Source of the DNA: an uncultured Alphaproteobacteria bacterium
Lineage (GTDB): Bacteria > Pseudomonadota > Alphaproteobacteria > HIMB59 > GCA-002718135
Direction of reading: 5' to 3'
NCBI GenBank assembly: GCA_902614085.1
Contig: CACMJS010000001.1
Coordinates: 299,127-363,126, forward strand
Length of the DNA stretch: 64,000 nucleotides
Shown: one piece after another, positions 40,086-51,800 of the stretch
Numbering within the stretch: position 1 is the first letter of the stretch
Layout: the number at the start of each line of letters is the position of its first letter
Notes under the pieces: generated by a model
The model's input: only the letters and a program-made list of their open reading frames with translations
Told to the model about the DNA's origin: nothing
Database searches by the model: none
Translations under genes and position numbers: made by a program

Positions 40086-41119
40086 TGTTTAATGTTATTG
40101 ATCAATACAATAGTTTTGTTGAAAATAATTTTATAAAAAAAAATAAAGATCAAATTGAATTTTTAAAAGAAGCAAATAATGTATGGTCATCTTTTAGTAA
40201 AACAAAGTTATTTTTTAAGGATAAAATTTTCGAAGGAATTTATCTTTATGGTCAAGTTGGAACAGGAAAAACATTTTTATTAAATTTATTTTATCAAAAT
40301 ACTAAGATTGGAAAAAAAATTCATTTTAATAACTTAATGAATGAAATCCATGAACAAGTTAATAAATCAGAAAATAAAGAACTTGCAATCGAAAACTATA
40401 TAAAAAATTTAAGTAGAAATTACAAAATAATATTTATTGATGAATTACATATTTTTAATATTGTTGACGCACTAATAATAAAAAAAATATTTAATTATTT
40501 TTCTAAATATAAAATATTTGTATTGCTGTCGTCAAATTTTCATCCAGATAATTTATATAAAGATGGTTTGCAGAGAAATGACTTTCTGCCATTTATTGAT
40601 TTAATTAAAAAAAATTTTTTTCTTTATGATATTAGTATTAAAACTGATTTTCGTCGACAAACGTTAAATCAATCAAAGACATATTTTACACCTATAACAA
40701 CTGAAACTTCAAATGAATTTGAAAAATTATTTAATCGCTTTGTTGATCCCTCCCATTTAACAACTGTAAAAATAAAATCTAAAAGTCGTGAACTAGAGTT
40801 TGATAAATGCACATCAAATCTAATGATGATAGATTTTGAAAATCTTTGTGAAGTAAATTTTGGTAATGAAGATTACAAAAATATTGCAGATAAATTTAAG
40901 TTGGTATTTTTAAAAAATGTTCCTGAATTTGATAATCAGAAGAAAGATGCGTGCAGAAGATTTATTGGATTAATTGATATGTTATATGAAAATAATTGTT
41001 CAATAGTAATTTTAGCGTCAAAACCTATAAATTCATTAAATAATATAAATACTCTTGCAGAAGAATTTAAAAGAACTGCTAGCAGATTATATGAAATGAC
41101 TATAGTAAAACCAGATTGA
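40085..41119 (+). CDS. zapE: AFG1/ZapE family ATPase
   Basis: GIYLYGQVGTGKT, FIDELHI, NLYKDGLQR, RRFIGLIDMLYE, RTASRLYEM. Confidence 0.93.
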   Translation: MFNVIDQYNSFVENNFIKKNKDQIEFLKEANNVWSSFSKTKLFFKDKIFEGIYLYGQVGTGKTFLLNLFYQNTKIGKKIHFNNLMNEIHEQVNKSENKELAIENYIKNLSRNYKIIFIDELHIFNIVDALIIKKIFNYFSKYKIFVLLSSNFHPDNLYKDGLQRNDFLPFIDLIKKNFFLYDISIKTDFRRQTLNQSKTYFTPITTETSNEFEKLFNRFVDPSHLTTVKIKSKSRELEFDKCTSNLMMIDFENLCEVNFGNEDYKNIADKFKLVFLKNVPEFDNQKKDACRRFIGLIDMLYENNCSIVILASKPINSLNNINTLAEEFKRTASRLYEMTIVKPD

Positions 41120-42105
41120 TGAAATACATAATCAGATTTTTAGTAAGCACTGTAGTTTTATTAGCAGTAGTTTATTTTACTGCAGGTTTCTATGTTGCTT
41201 ATCAAATTTTAAAAATAGATCCAACTTGTGGTTTACACGAAGGATCTCTTCCTAATTCATGGAGTACAACAGTTGACTCTCATGAATATTCTATTCTTGC
41301 ACGACAAAAAGTAAGAGAAAATTTTAACTTTAAAGACTATTATTTAGATGAATGGCAAGATGTATACTTTGAATCTCGTGACTCAGACATTAAGATTAAT
41401 GGATGGCTGTTTAATTATTTTCCAAATAGACCAATTATAATTGTAACACACGGTATAAGCCCGAATGGTAAATGTAAGTCTGAAGCAAATCTTACTGCAA
41501 GTTTTTTAGTTAATAAAAAATTTAATGTTCTTACGATAGATTTAAGAAACTACGGCCAAAGTGATACTGTAAGTAGTTATGATGATTTAGGTTTAAAGTC
41601 ATATAATGATATTCTTGGTGCATTTGATTTTTTAAAAAAAATTGGTTTCAAGTCTAATAGCATTGGATTACATGGAATATCTCTTGGTGCAAGCACCTCT
41701 ATTTTTGCAGCACATGCAGAACCGCAAATACGTGCCGTTTGGGCAGATAGTTCACTTGCTGAATTTAATATGATTTTAAAAGATGAAATAGCAAGATATG
41801 GTCTTGCTATAGAATTTGGGCCAGTAGTTAGTTTAGCTGGAAGAATCTTAACTGGAACAGACCCAAGAGAATTATCTCCAGCTAAAAAATTATCAAAGAA
41901 CCAATATTATTTTTTTACTCATGGCGACTCTGATACAAGAATCTTAACAAGACACTTTAATTATTTTAAAGAATATACAAATCAAAATAAAATTAATGCT
42001 GAGTTTTGGTTAGTTGAAAACTCTTATCATGTAGATGCTATGTTTAAATATCCCGAAGTATACTCTAAAAAGATGGAAGAATTTTTTAATAAAAATTTAA
42101 AATAG
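41116..42105 (+). CDS. Membrane-anchored alpha/beta hydrolase
   Basis: N-terminal TM, oxyanion HG, GISLG nucleophile elbow, HGDSD, terminal His (HVDA). Confidence 0.85.
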   Translation: MMKYIIRFLVSTVVLLAVVYFTAGFYVAYQILKIDPTCGLHEGSLPNSWSTTVDSHEYSILARQKVRENFNFKDYYLDEWQDVYFESRDSDIKINGWLFNYFPNRPIIIVTHGISPNGKCKSEANLTASFLVNKKFNVLTIDLRNYGQSDTVSSYDDLGLKSYNDILGAFDFLKKIGFKSNSIGLHGISLGASTSIFAAHAEPQIRAVWADSSLAEFNMILKDEIARYGLAIEFGPVVSLAGRILTGTDPRELSPAKKLSKNQYYFFTHGDSDTRILTRHFNYFKEYTNQNKINAEFWLVENSYHVDAMFKYPEVYSKKMEEFFNKNLK

Positions 42106-42241
42106 GCCGGACTCTAAAACTAGTTTGTACCTTGGCAGACACCTCTCTAGAAAAAGAAACTCAACTAATTATCAAACGGCGGGTAAGATAATTAAAATTC
42201 TTGGCGTTCCTCCGAAGCTAAGAAACGAGTATTATCCGGCT
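42106..42241 (-). ncRNA. Putative ~140-nt rod-shaped non-coding RNA (6S-like architecture, identity unconfirmed)
   Basis: Intergenic segment richer in GC than its flanks; GCCGG/CCGGC and ACTC/GAGT closing stem, inner TTAATTATC/GATAATTAG, AAGAA/TTCTT, ACGCC/GGTGT helices; promoter directly upstream; T-rich tail. Confidence 0.6.
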
Positions 42242-42246
42242 TATTA

Positions 42247-42275
42247 AGAGTAATATCTATCTATTTAAAATTCAA
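42247..42275 (-). promoter_or_regulatory. sigma70-like promoter of the putative ncRNA
   Basis: TTGAAT-N17-TACTCT, ending 6 nt before the GCCGG stem. Confidence 0.55.
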
Positions 42276-42434
42276 GATTTTTAGTTAAATTTGGCATTAA
42301 ATTTGGATGATTTTCATAAAATTTGGCACTTTTTATCAACATTTTACAAACTTCCGTGATAGTAAGAAAAAATAACTAAACCATTAATATTTTGAAATTT
42401 GAAGAAAAATACTTACTTATGAAATATAAAAAAA

Positions 42435-42815
42435 ATGAAAAAAATGACTGATAATAGACCATTATCACCTCACCTATCTATTCACAAAAGAGTACTTACA
42501 GCAGTATTTTCAATTTTTCATAGGATATCTGGAATAGGATTAAGTGTGGGTGCGCTATTAATTTCAATTTGGTTTTTTTTAATTAGTTTTGGTCCCGAAT
42601 TTTATATTTATTTTGAAATTCTTTCTAAGAGTATTTTGTTTAAACTAGTTTTAATGATTTGGACTGTCGGTATTTTTTACCATTTATTTAATGGATGTAG
42701 AAAATTATATTGGTCATTCGGTATTGGAATGGAATTATCTCAAGTGTATAAATCTGGTTATGCTGTTATATGTTTAACTTTAATTTCTAGTTTAGTTGTT
42801 TGGTATTTCGCATGA
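42435..42815 (+). CDS. sdhC: Succinate dehydrogenase cytochrome b556 subunit
   Basis: RPLSPHL, SIFHRISG, YHLFNG; alternative start 42444. Confidence 0.95.
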   Translation: MKKMTDNRPLSPHLSIHKRVLTAVFSIFHRISGIGLSVGALLISIWFFLISFGPEFYIYFEILSKSILFKLVLMIWTVGIFYHLFNGCRKLYWSFGIGMELSQVYKSGYAVICLTLISSLVVWYFA

Positions 42816-43141
42816 AAAATTATGCTTTTAAATGGTTAACCCAAAGAATTACTGCTTCAATTTTAATACCATTGACGTTTTGGTTTATATACTCTGCAAT
42901 ATCATTATCAAAGATGACATATTCTGAAATAGAAATTTTTTTTCAATCCTATTTTAATGCATTCTTATTTTTTGTGATGATGCAATCTATGCTTCTGCAT
43001 TCAAAATTAGGACTGCAAACAATTATTGAAGATTATGTCACATCGAAAAAGACAGCCAAATTCATTAAAGTATCAATAAATTATCTTATATATTTTATCA
43101 TGATTTTAATTACTGTTAACTTAGTGAAAATGGTCTTTTAG
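42812..43141 (+). CDS. sdhD: Succinate dehydrogenase membrane anchor subunit
   Basis: WLTQRITA, HSKLGLQTIIEDY; ATG 42812 overlaps the sdhC stop. Confidence 0.93.
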   Translation: MKNYAFKWLTQRITASILIPLTFWFIYSAISLSKMTYSEIEIFFQSYFNAFLFFVMMQSMLLHSKLGLQTIIEDYVTSKKTAKFIKVSINYLIYFIMILITVNLVKMVF

Positions 43142-44935
43142 ATGACTAATTCATACAAAATTATTGATCATTATTATGACGTTGTAGTTGTTGGAGCTGG
43201 AGGATCAGGACTGAGAGCTACGCTTGGATGTGCTGAAGCTGGATTAAAAACAGCCTGTATATCAAAAGTATTTCCGACAAGAAGTCATACTGTTGCAGCA
43301 CAAGGTGGAATTGGAGCAGCTTTAGGTAATATGGGTGAAGATAATTGGAAGTGGCACATGTATGATACAGTTAAGGGTTCCGACTGGCTTGGAGATCAAG
43401 ATGCAATTGAATACTTATGTTCTAAAGCCCCTGAAGCAGTAATTGAACTTGAAGAATATGGCATGCCTTTTAGTAGAACAGATGATGGCAAGATCTATCA
43501 AAGACCTTTTGGTGGACACTTAACCAATAATGGCGAGGGAGCTCCTGCTATGAGAGCTTGTGCAGCAGCTGATAGAACGGGACATGCTTTACTCCATACA
43601 CTTTATCAGCAATCACTTAAAAATAATGTAAAATTTTATATTGAATATTTTGTTTTAGATTTAATTTCTGATGATCAAGGTAATTGCATTGGTGTAGTAA
43701 CATGGTGCTTAGAGGATGGATCAATCCATCGATTTTTATCTCATCAAACAATTCTAGCTACTGGTGGATATGGAAGAGCTTACTTCTCATCCACGAGTGC
43801 TCACATTTGTACTGGTGACGGTAGTGCAATGGCTTTAAGACAAAACCTACCTCTTTCTGATATGGAATTTATTCAGTTCCATCCAACAGGAGTTTACGGT
43901 GCAGGAGTGTTAATCACTGAGGGAGCAAGAGGAGAAGGTGGATATTTAACTAATAGTGATGGTGAAAGATTTATGGAAAGATATGCTCCAAATGCAAAAG
44001 ATCTAGCATCAAGGGATGTAGTAAGCCGAGCAATGACTATAGAAATTAGTGAAAATAGAGGCTGTGGAGATAATGCCGATCATGTGCTTCTTCATCTTGA
44101 GCACATTGATGCTGATACATTACATAAAAGATTACCTGGTATTTCAGAAACTGCAAAAATATTTGCCGGAGTTGATCTAACTAAAGATCCAATACCAGTT
44201 CTTCCAACTGTTCATTATAATATGGGTGGTATACCGACAAATTATAGAACAGAAGTTCTAAGGCCAACAAATGAAAATCCAGATAATGTATGTGAAGGTT
44301 TAATGGCTGTTGGTGAGGCTGCATGTGTTTCTGTACACGGTGCTAATAGATTAGGAACAAATTCATTAATCGATCTTGTTGTTTTTGGCAAAGCAGCTAG
44401 CCTAACATGTAAAGAAAAAGTAAAACCAAATTCTAAAAAAATTGAAATTAGTAAATCAAAAACAGATAATATTATTGAGCGATTTGATAAGATTAGAAAC
44501 AGCAAAGGAAACTCTACAACTGGAGAACTTCGTACTTCCATGCAACATATAATGCAGCAAAAATGCGCAGTATTTAGAACACATGATCTCATATCAAAAG
44601 GCATTGAAGAATATTCAAAAGTTGAGAGCTCAATGGATGACATAGATATTAAAGACAAATCATTAATCTTTAATACGGACTTGGTCGAAGCTTTAGAGCT
44701 ACACAATTTAATGGCACAATCAAAAGTTACTCTTCATTCTGCGCTAAATCGAACTGAAAGTAGAGGCGCACATGCAAGAGAAGATTATAAAGAAAGAGAT
44801 GACAATAATTGGTTAGTTCACTCTTTAGCCTGGTTAAACGATAAGGGAGATGTGAGTATGGGTTCCAGAGGTGTTCATATGAATACTCTAACTAATCATG
44901 TTCAACCAATACCACCTAAAAGAAGAGTTTACTAA
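43142..44935 (+). CDS. sdhA: Succinate dehydrogenase flavoprotein
   Basis: [33 protein letters not shown]. Confidence 0.98.
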   Translation: MTNSYKIIDHYYDVVVVGAGGSGLRATLGCAEAGLKTACISKVFPTRSHTVAAQGGIGAALGNMGEDNWKWHMYDTVKGSDWLGDQDAIEYLCSKAPEAVIELEEYGMPFSRTDDGKIYQRPFGGHLTNNGEGAPAMRACAAADRTGHALLHTLYQQSLKNNVKFYIEYFVLDLISDDQGNCIGVVTWCLEDGSIHRFLSHQTILATGGYGRAYFSSTSAHICTGDGSAMALRQNLPLSDMEFIQFHPTGVYGAGVLITEGARGEGGYLTNSDGERFMERYAPNAKDLASRDVVSRAMTIEISENRGCGDNADHVLLHLEHIDADTLHKRLPGISETAKIFAGVDLTKDPIPVLPTVHYNMGGIPTNYRTEVLRPTNENPDNVCEGLMAVGEAACVSVHGANRLGTNSLIDLVVFGKAASLTCKEKVKPNSKKIEISKSKTDNIIERFDKIRNSKGNSTTGELRTSMQHIMQQKCAVFRTHDLISKGIEEYSKVESSMDDIDIKDKSLIFNTDLVEALELHNLMAQSKVTLHSALNRTESRGAHAREDYKERDDNNWLVHSLAWLNDKGDVSMGSRGVHMNTLTNHVQPIPPKRRVY

Positions 44936-45723
44936 TGGCTCAGTTTACACTTCCTGCAAATTCAAAAATAACTAAAGGGAAAACTCACCAACTAAAAGAA
45001 CCTGCAAACGATCCAAAGAAACTTGCAATCTATAGATGGGATCCTGAAGATGATAAAAATCCTAGGATAGATAACTATGAGATAGATCAAGAAAAGTGCG
45101 GCCCAATGGTATTAGACGCACTTATGAAAATAAAAAACGAAATTGATCCAACTTTAACATTTAGAAGATCTTGCAGAGAAGGAGTTTGTGGTTCCTGTGC
45201 TATGAATATTGATGGTGTTAACACATTAGCATGTTTGAAAAGTATGTCTGATGTTAAGAATGAAATAAAAATTTACCCTCTTCCACATATGCGTGTAGTA
45301 AAAGATTTAGTTCCAGATCTTAGTAAGGCTTATGAGCAACTGGCTTCTATTAAACCTTGGTTGCAGCGTGAAAAAACAAATGAAGAAAAAAACTCAGGAG
45401 ACGAAAAAAAACAATCACCAAAAGATAGAGAAAAACTAGATGGTAAATGGGAGTGTGTATTATGTTTTTGCTGCACTACTTCTTGTCCAAGTTATTGGTG
45501 GAATGGAGATGAATATCTAGGACCTGCAGTCCTTTTACAAGCAGCAAGATGGGTAAGTGACTCTAGAGACTCAGAAAGAAAAGAGAGATTAAAAGCAATA
45601 AATGATTCATTAAAACTTTATAGATGTCATTCAATAATGAATTGTACTAGGTCTTGTCCTAAAGGTCTAAATCCAGCCAAAGAAATTGCTGGACTTAAAA
45701 AGGCTATTGTTACAGAATTGTAA
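44935..45723 (+). CDS. sdhB: Succinate dehydrogenase iron-sulfur subunit
   Basis: [34 protein letters not shown]. Confidence 0.98.
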   Translation: MAQFTLPANSKITKGKTHQLKEPANDPKKLAIYRWDPEDDKNPRIDNYEIDQEKCGPMVLDALMKIKNEIDPTLTFRRSCREGVCGSCAMNIDGVNTLACLKSMSDVKNEIKIYPLPHMRVVKDLVPDLSKAYEQLASIKPWLQREKTNEEKNSGDEKKQSPKDREKLDGKWECVLCFCCTTSCPSYWWNGDEYLGPAVLLQAARWVSDSRDSERKERLKAINDSLKLYRCHSIMNCTRSCPKGLNPAKEIAGLKKAIVTEL

Positions 45724-45741
45724 TTAAAGTATAAAACTTAA

Positions 45742-46704
<963 letters not shown>

Positions 46705-46745
46705 TTGTATTTTTCATCTAATCTAACTATTACCTTTTTATCAAA

Positions 46746-47930
46746 ATGAATTTGCATGAATACCAAGCTAAAGATCTACTAAGAAAGTACAATCTACCTA
46801 TACTTGAAGGCAAAAGTTACATTGAAAATGTTGATGATTTAGAAAAAGATTTACAAAATATAAAAGGACCACCTTGGGTTATCAAATCACAGATTCATGC
46901 TGGAGGAAGAGGAGCAGGGAAATTTTTAAAACCATTTAATACAAAAGGTGGAGTACAAATAACAGAATCAATTGATGATGCACAAAAAATTGCAAAAGGA
47001 ATGATGGGCAACATATTGATTACAAAACAAACAGGTAATGAAGGAAAGTTAGTAAATAGAATTTATTTAGAAGCTGGATGTGAAATTGATAGGGAATATT
47101 ATTTAAGTATTCTTCTTGATAGGAATCAATCAAAATTAATGATGATGGTATCTGATGCTGGTGGTGTAGATATAGAAGATGTAGCTGAGAAAACACCAGA
47201 AAGAATACAATATGTTTATTTTGATAACTTAGAAGATTTCACAATTAGTGACAGTCTTCAAAATAAATTAAATTTTTCTATTAATGAGTTTAACCAATTT
47301 AAAGAAATTGTTTCAAATTTATGTAAGGCCTATGTCGAAATAGATGCTTCTTTAATTGAAATTAATCCTCTTGTTGTGACAAAAGATGAAAAACTAATTC
47401 TTTTAGATGCTAAAATTAATATTGATGATAATGCTCTGTATAGACAGGCTGACATTGAAAAATTAAAAGATACTTCAGAAGAAAATGATTTAGAACTTGA
47501 AGCTTCTGAAAATGATATGGTTTACATTAAGCTCGATGGAAAAATAGGCTGTATGGTTAACGGAGCTGGGCTAGCTATGGCAACTATGGATATTATTAAA
47601 CAATTTGGAATGGAGCCAGCCAATTTTTTAGATTTGGGTGGTACAGCAAATAAAGAAAGAGCCATTAAAGCTTTCAAGATTATTCAATCAGATAAAAATG
47701 TGAAATCTGTCTTCATAAATATTTTTGGAGGAATCATCCATTGTGATATGATTGCTAATGGCATCATTGATGCAATTAAAGAATTAGATTTTAAACTTCC
47801 TGTTGTTGTACGTTTTCAAGGAACAAATTCTAAAGAGGGAAGAGACATTATAAATAATTCATCATTAGGATTAATTTCAATTGATGATTTTTCAAATGCA
47901 GCTCAGAAAGCTGTGGAGTTATCAGAATAG
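46746..47930 (+). CDS. sucC: Succinyl-CoA ligase beta subunit
   Basis: [36 protein letters not shown]. Confidence 0.98.
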   Translation: MNLHEYQAKDLLRKYNLPILEGKSYIENVDDLEKDLQNIKGPPWVIKSQIHAGGRGAGKFLKPFNTKGGVQITESIDDAQKIAKGMMGNILITKQTGNEGKLVNRIYLEAGCEIDREYYLSILLDRNQSKLMMMVSDAGGVDIEDVAEKTPERIQYVYFDNLEDFTISDSLQNKLNFSINEFNQFKEIVSNLCKAYVEIDASLIEINPLVVTKDEKLILLDAKINIDDNALYRQADIEKLKDTSEENDLELEASENDMVYIKLDGKIGCMVNGAGLAMATMDIIKQFGMEPANFLDLGGTANKERAIKAFKIIQSDKNVKSVFINIFGGIIHCDMIANGIIDAIKELDFKLPVVVRFQGTNSKEGRDIINNSSLGLISIDDFSNAAQKAVELSE

Positions 47931-48814
47931 TGTCAATTTTAGTTAATAAAAATACAAGACTTATTTGCCAAGGCTTTACCGGTTCACAAGGAACATATCA
48001 TTCTGAACAAGCTATAGCATATGGGACAAACCTTGTTGGCGGTGTCACGCCTGGAAAAGGAGGACAGACTCATTTAAATTTACCTGTTTTTAATACTGTT
48101 GCTGATGCAGTTAAACAAACTGAAGCAAACGCAACAGTTATTTATGTACCTGCAAAGTTTGCTGCCAAAGCAATCCATGAGGCTTTAGATGCAAATATTG
48201 AATTAATTGTTTGTATTACAGAAGGTATTCCGGTCTTAGATATGATTGATATAAAAAAAAGAATTATTAAAAATAAAACATTTTTAATTGGACCAAACTG
48301 TCCAGGGTTAATCACACCTTCCGAATGCAAGATTGGTATCATGCCTGGCTTCATCCATAAAAAAGGTAAAATAGGAATAGTAAGTAGATCAGGAACATTA
48401 ACTTACGAAGCCGTTGCACAGACAACAGAGGTAGGATTAGGTCAATCAACATGCGTTGGTATTGGCGGAGATCCAATACATGGGATGGATTTTGTAGATT
48501 GTATAAAGTTATTTTTAGAAGACGATGAGACCGAGGGAATCTTAATGATAGGTGAAATTGGTGGCGAGGAAGAAGAAAATGCAGCAGAATTTATTTCAAA
48601 TTCAAAAAGAAAAAAACCAGTTTCAGCATTTATAGCAGGACAATCAGCACCAAAAGGAAAACGTATGGGTCATGCAGGTGCGATCGTTTCAGGCTCAAAA
48701 GGTACAGCACATTCCAAAATTAAATCTTTAGAAAAGGCTGGAGTTTTGGTGTCAAAATCCCCGGCATCATTGGGAAAAACCATGAAATTAGCAATGCAAA
48801 ATGGGAATAATTAG
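47930..48814 (+). CDS. sucD: Succinyl-CoA ligase alpha subunit
   Basis: [30 protein letters not shown]. Confidence 0.98.
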   Translation: MSILVNKNTRLICQGFTGSQGTYHSEQAIAYGTNLVGGVTPGKGGQTHLNLPVFNTVADAVKQTEANATVIYVPAKFAAKAIHEALDANIELIVCITEGIPVLDMIDIKKRIIKNKTFLIGPNCPGLITPSECKIGIMPGFIHKKGKIGIVSRSGTLTYEAVAQTTEVGLGQSTCVGIGGDPIHGMDFVDCIKLFLEDDETEGILMIGEIGGEEEENAAEFISNSKRKKPVSAFIAGQSAPKGKRMGHAGAIVSGSKGTAHSKIKSLEKAGVLVSKSPASLGKTMKLAMQNGNN

Positions 48815-48865
48815 TTTCCATTAGTATGGTTGTTATGCGAAATAGTTTTAGTTTAATAGAAACCA

Positions 48866-51769
48866 ATGAATGATACTTTTTTAAATAGTGCTAATGCGCC
48901 ATATGTGGCCGAACTATATTCTAAATTTAGAAACGACCCTGAAAGTGTGGACACAACTTGGAAAGATTTTTTCAATAATTTAAATGAAGATGATTATTCT
49001 GTTCTTAAAGATTTTGGAGGACCAGAATGGAAAGAACGTCCATCAAGTATAATAGATAAAAATTATATAACTAAGGTTATAAAATCAAATGCGAATTACA
49101 ATTCTGAAGAATTTAGAGTATCAACTTTAGATTCAATTAGAGCATTAAGATTAATTAGAGCTTTTAGAATTAATGGACATTTAATTGCAGATCTTGATCC
49201 TTTAGGAATATCTGAAAGAGAGTATCCTCAAGAATTAGATTATAAAAGCTATGGTTTTATTGAATCAGATTTAGAAAAAGAAATATTCATTGATGGAAGT
49301 TTGGGTTTAGAAAAAGGTAAATTAAAAAATATTATTAAAATATTAAAAGAAACTTATTCTGCTTCAATTGGTGTTGAATTTTTACACATACAACAAGCTG
49401 ATCAAAAACAATGGGTCCAAGAAAGAATTGAAGAAGTAAGAAATAAAACAAATTTTACAAATGAGGGAAAAAAAGCAATCTATAAAAGACTAGTTGAATC
49501 AGAGTTATTTGAGCAGTTTTTAGATAAAAAGTTTTTAGGTACAAAGAGATACGGTATCGAAGGTGGTGAAGCGATGATACCTGGGATAGAGCAAATTGTT
49601 AAGCAGGCATGTTTGTCTGGAATTGAAGATATTATTATTGGAACAGCTCATCGAGGGAGACTAACACTTCTATCAAGTGTTTTGGAAATGCCTTACAAAA
49701 AAATATTATCAAAATTCCAAGGATCTTTAAACGATCCAAATGAGGTACTAGGTTCGGGTGATGTAAAATATCATTTAGGAGTTTCTGCTGATCGTGAATT
49801 TGAAAAAAAGAAAATTCATTTATCGCTCACTTCTAACCCATCACATTTAGAAGCAGTTAACCCAGTTGTAGCAGGAAAAGTAAGAGCTAAACAAACTTTA
49901 GCTAAAGATAAAACAACAGATAAAGTTATAGGTTTATTAATTCATGGAGATGCAGCAATAGCTGGACAAGGAGTTGTGGCCGAAACATTTGCTATGTCAC
50001 AATTAAGAGGGTTTAAAACAGGTGGCACCATTCACTTTGTAATTAACAATCAGATAGGTTTTACAACTATGCCACAATATGGACGATCAGCACCTTATTG
50101 TACTGAAATTGCAAAAATGGTTCAGGCACCAATATTTCACGTTAATGGCGATGACCCAGAAGCAGTAGTTCATGTTTGTAGACTTGCAACGGAATTTAGA
50201 AATAAATTTAAAGTCGATGTTGTTGTAGATATGTTTTGCTACAGAAGATCAGGACATAACGAAGCTGATGAACCTTCTTTTACTCAGCCACTAATGTATA
50301 AAGCTATCAAAAAACAAATTACTACGAGAAAAAAATATGAAAAAAAATTAATTGAGAATAATACTCTTTCAGAAGAAGAATCTAGAGACATTGTAGATTT
50401 TTTTAAAAATTTTTTAGATAAAGAATTTGAATCAACTAAAAATTATAAACCAAATAAAGTAGATTGGTTAGAGGGAACTTGGACAGGTTTATCTACTGCA
50501 ACATTTGATGCAAGAAGAGGAAAAACATCTGTAAAAGAAAAAACATTAATTAACGTTGCTAAAAAAATTCATGAAATACCTACAGATTTTAATGCTCATA
50601 GAAGAATAAAAAAAATTTATGGGGATCGATTAACAAGTGTCATCAACGGAAAAGGTATTGATTGGGCAACCTCTGAAAGTTTAGCTTTAGCAACACTTCT
50701 TGATGAGGGATACGGTGTTCGAATATCTGGACAAGATGTTGGAAGAGGAACATTTAGTCATAGACATGGTGTTCTATACGATCAAGAAAACGAAAATCGT
50801 TTTGTTCCATTAAGACACTTTCAAAACAAGCAAGGTTACTTTGAAATTATAGATAGTTTTTTATCTGAATTTGGTGTTCTTGGTTTTGAATATGGATATT
50901 CACAAGTTGATCCTAAGACACTTGTTATATGGGAAGCGCAGTTTGGTGATTTTGCAAATGGTGCACAAATTATGATTGATCAATTCATTAGTTCTGGAGA
51001 AAGAAAATGGTTGAGAATGTCTGGTTTAACGATGCTTCTTCCCCACGGACATGAGGGCCAAGGTCCTGAGCATACAAGTGGAAGATTAGAAAGATTTTTA
51101 CAGATGTGTGCGGAAGATAATATGCAAATTGTTAATTGCACAAGTCCTGCTAATTATTTTCATGTTTTAAGAAGGCAACTACATAGAAACTTTAGGAAAC
51201 CTCTAATTATATTTACACCAAAATCTACACTTAGACATAAATCTAATGTTTCTAATATTGAGGATTATATTAATGGATCAACTTTCCATAGAATTCTTAC
51301 TGATAAATTATCTGTTAAAGAAAAAAGGAAAAATAAAAGATTAATCATTTGCTCTGGTAAAATATATTTTGAACTTGCAGATCACATAGCAAAAAATAAA
51401 ATTAAAAATCTCTCCATAATAAGATTGGAGCAGATTTATCCATTTCCTTATGAAAACTTTAGAGATGAATTAAAACATTATACGGATGCTGAAATTATCT
51501 GGGCACAAGAAGAGCCAAAAAATATGGGTGCCTGGGGTTTTGTGAAAGGTAGATTGGAAAGTGTTATGAAGGAAGCCAAAGTTAAACAAGAAAAAATATT
51601 CTATGTTGGTAGAAGTCCAGCTGCGTCTCCTGCCGCTGGTTCTTTAGAAAGACACTTAAGTAACCAAGAAACTATTATAAAATTGGCAACTGAAGATTCG
51701 ATTAGCAAAATTATCAAATCTTGGGCAGGTATTTCAACAAAATTAAAGACTAATCTGCCAATTGAATAA
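48866..51769 (+). CDS. sucA: 2-oxoglutarate dehydrogenase E1
   Basis: GDVKYHLG, NPSHLE, HGDAA, WEAQFGDFANGAQ, GPEH. Confidence 0.98.
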   Translation: MNDTFLNSANAPYVAELYSKFRNDPESVDTTWKDFFNNLNEDDYSVLKDFGGPEWKERPSSIIDKNYITKVIKSNANYNSEEFRVSTLDSIRALRLIRAFRINGHLIADLDPLGISEREYPQELDYKSYGFIESDLEKEIFIDGSLGLEKGKLKNIIKILKETYSASIGVEFLHIQQADQKQWVQERIEEVRNKTNFTNEGKKAIYKRLVESELFEQFLDKKFLGTKRYGIEGGEAMIPGIEQIVKQACLSGIEDIIIGTAHRGRLTLLSSVLEMPYKKILSKFQGSLNDPNEVLGSGDVKYHLGVSADREFEKKKIHLSLTSNPSHLEAVNPVVAGKVRAKQTLAKDKTTDKVIGLLIHGDAAIAGQGVVAETFAMSQLRGFKTGGTIHFVINNQIGFTTMPQYGRSAPYCTEIAKMVQAPIFHVNGDDPEAVVHVCRLATEFRNKFKVDVVVDMFCYRRSGHNEADEPSFTQPLMYKAIKKQITTRKKYEKKLIENNTLSEEESRDIVDFFKNFLDKEFESTKNYKPNKVDWLEGTWTGLSTATFDARRGKTSVKEKTLINVAKKIHEIPTDFNAHRRIKKIYGDRLTSVINGKGIDWATSESLALATLLDEGYGVRISGQDVGRGTFSHRHGVLYDQENENRFVPLRHFQNKQGYFEIIDSFLSEFGVLGFEYGYSQVDPKTLVIWEAQFGDFANGAQIMIDQFISSGERKWLRMSGLTMLLPHGHEGQGPEHTSGRLERFLQMCAEDNMQIVNCTSPANYFHVLRRQLHRNFRKPLIIFTPKSTLRHKSNVSNIEDYINGSTFHRILTDKLSVKEKRKNKRLIICSGKIYFELADHIAKNKIKNLSIIRLEQIYPFPYENFRDELKHYTDAEIIWAQEEPKNMGAWGFVKGRLESVMKEAKVKQEKIFYVGRSPAASPAAGSLERHLSNQETIIKLATEDSISKIIKSWAGISTKLKTNLPIE

Positions 51770-51800
51770 ATTGACGTAAATGTTATTAAGAATTTAATTA

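Noticed and set aside
35744-42100. Possible tRNA-anchored genomic island
   Set aside because: The tRNA 3' end faces asd rather than this block; no integrase, att duplication or obvious compositional shift
42106-42245. Local resemblance of the putative ncRNA to a glycine riboswitch (GAGAG..GCCAAGG..CAA), RNase P 3' end (CCGGCTTAT), SRP RNA or tmRNA
   Set aside because: Required partner motifs are absent: CTCTCAGG, GAGGAAAGTCC, the SRP GGAAG-CAGC domain, a tRNA-like acceptor and tag ORF
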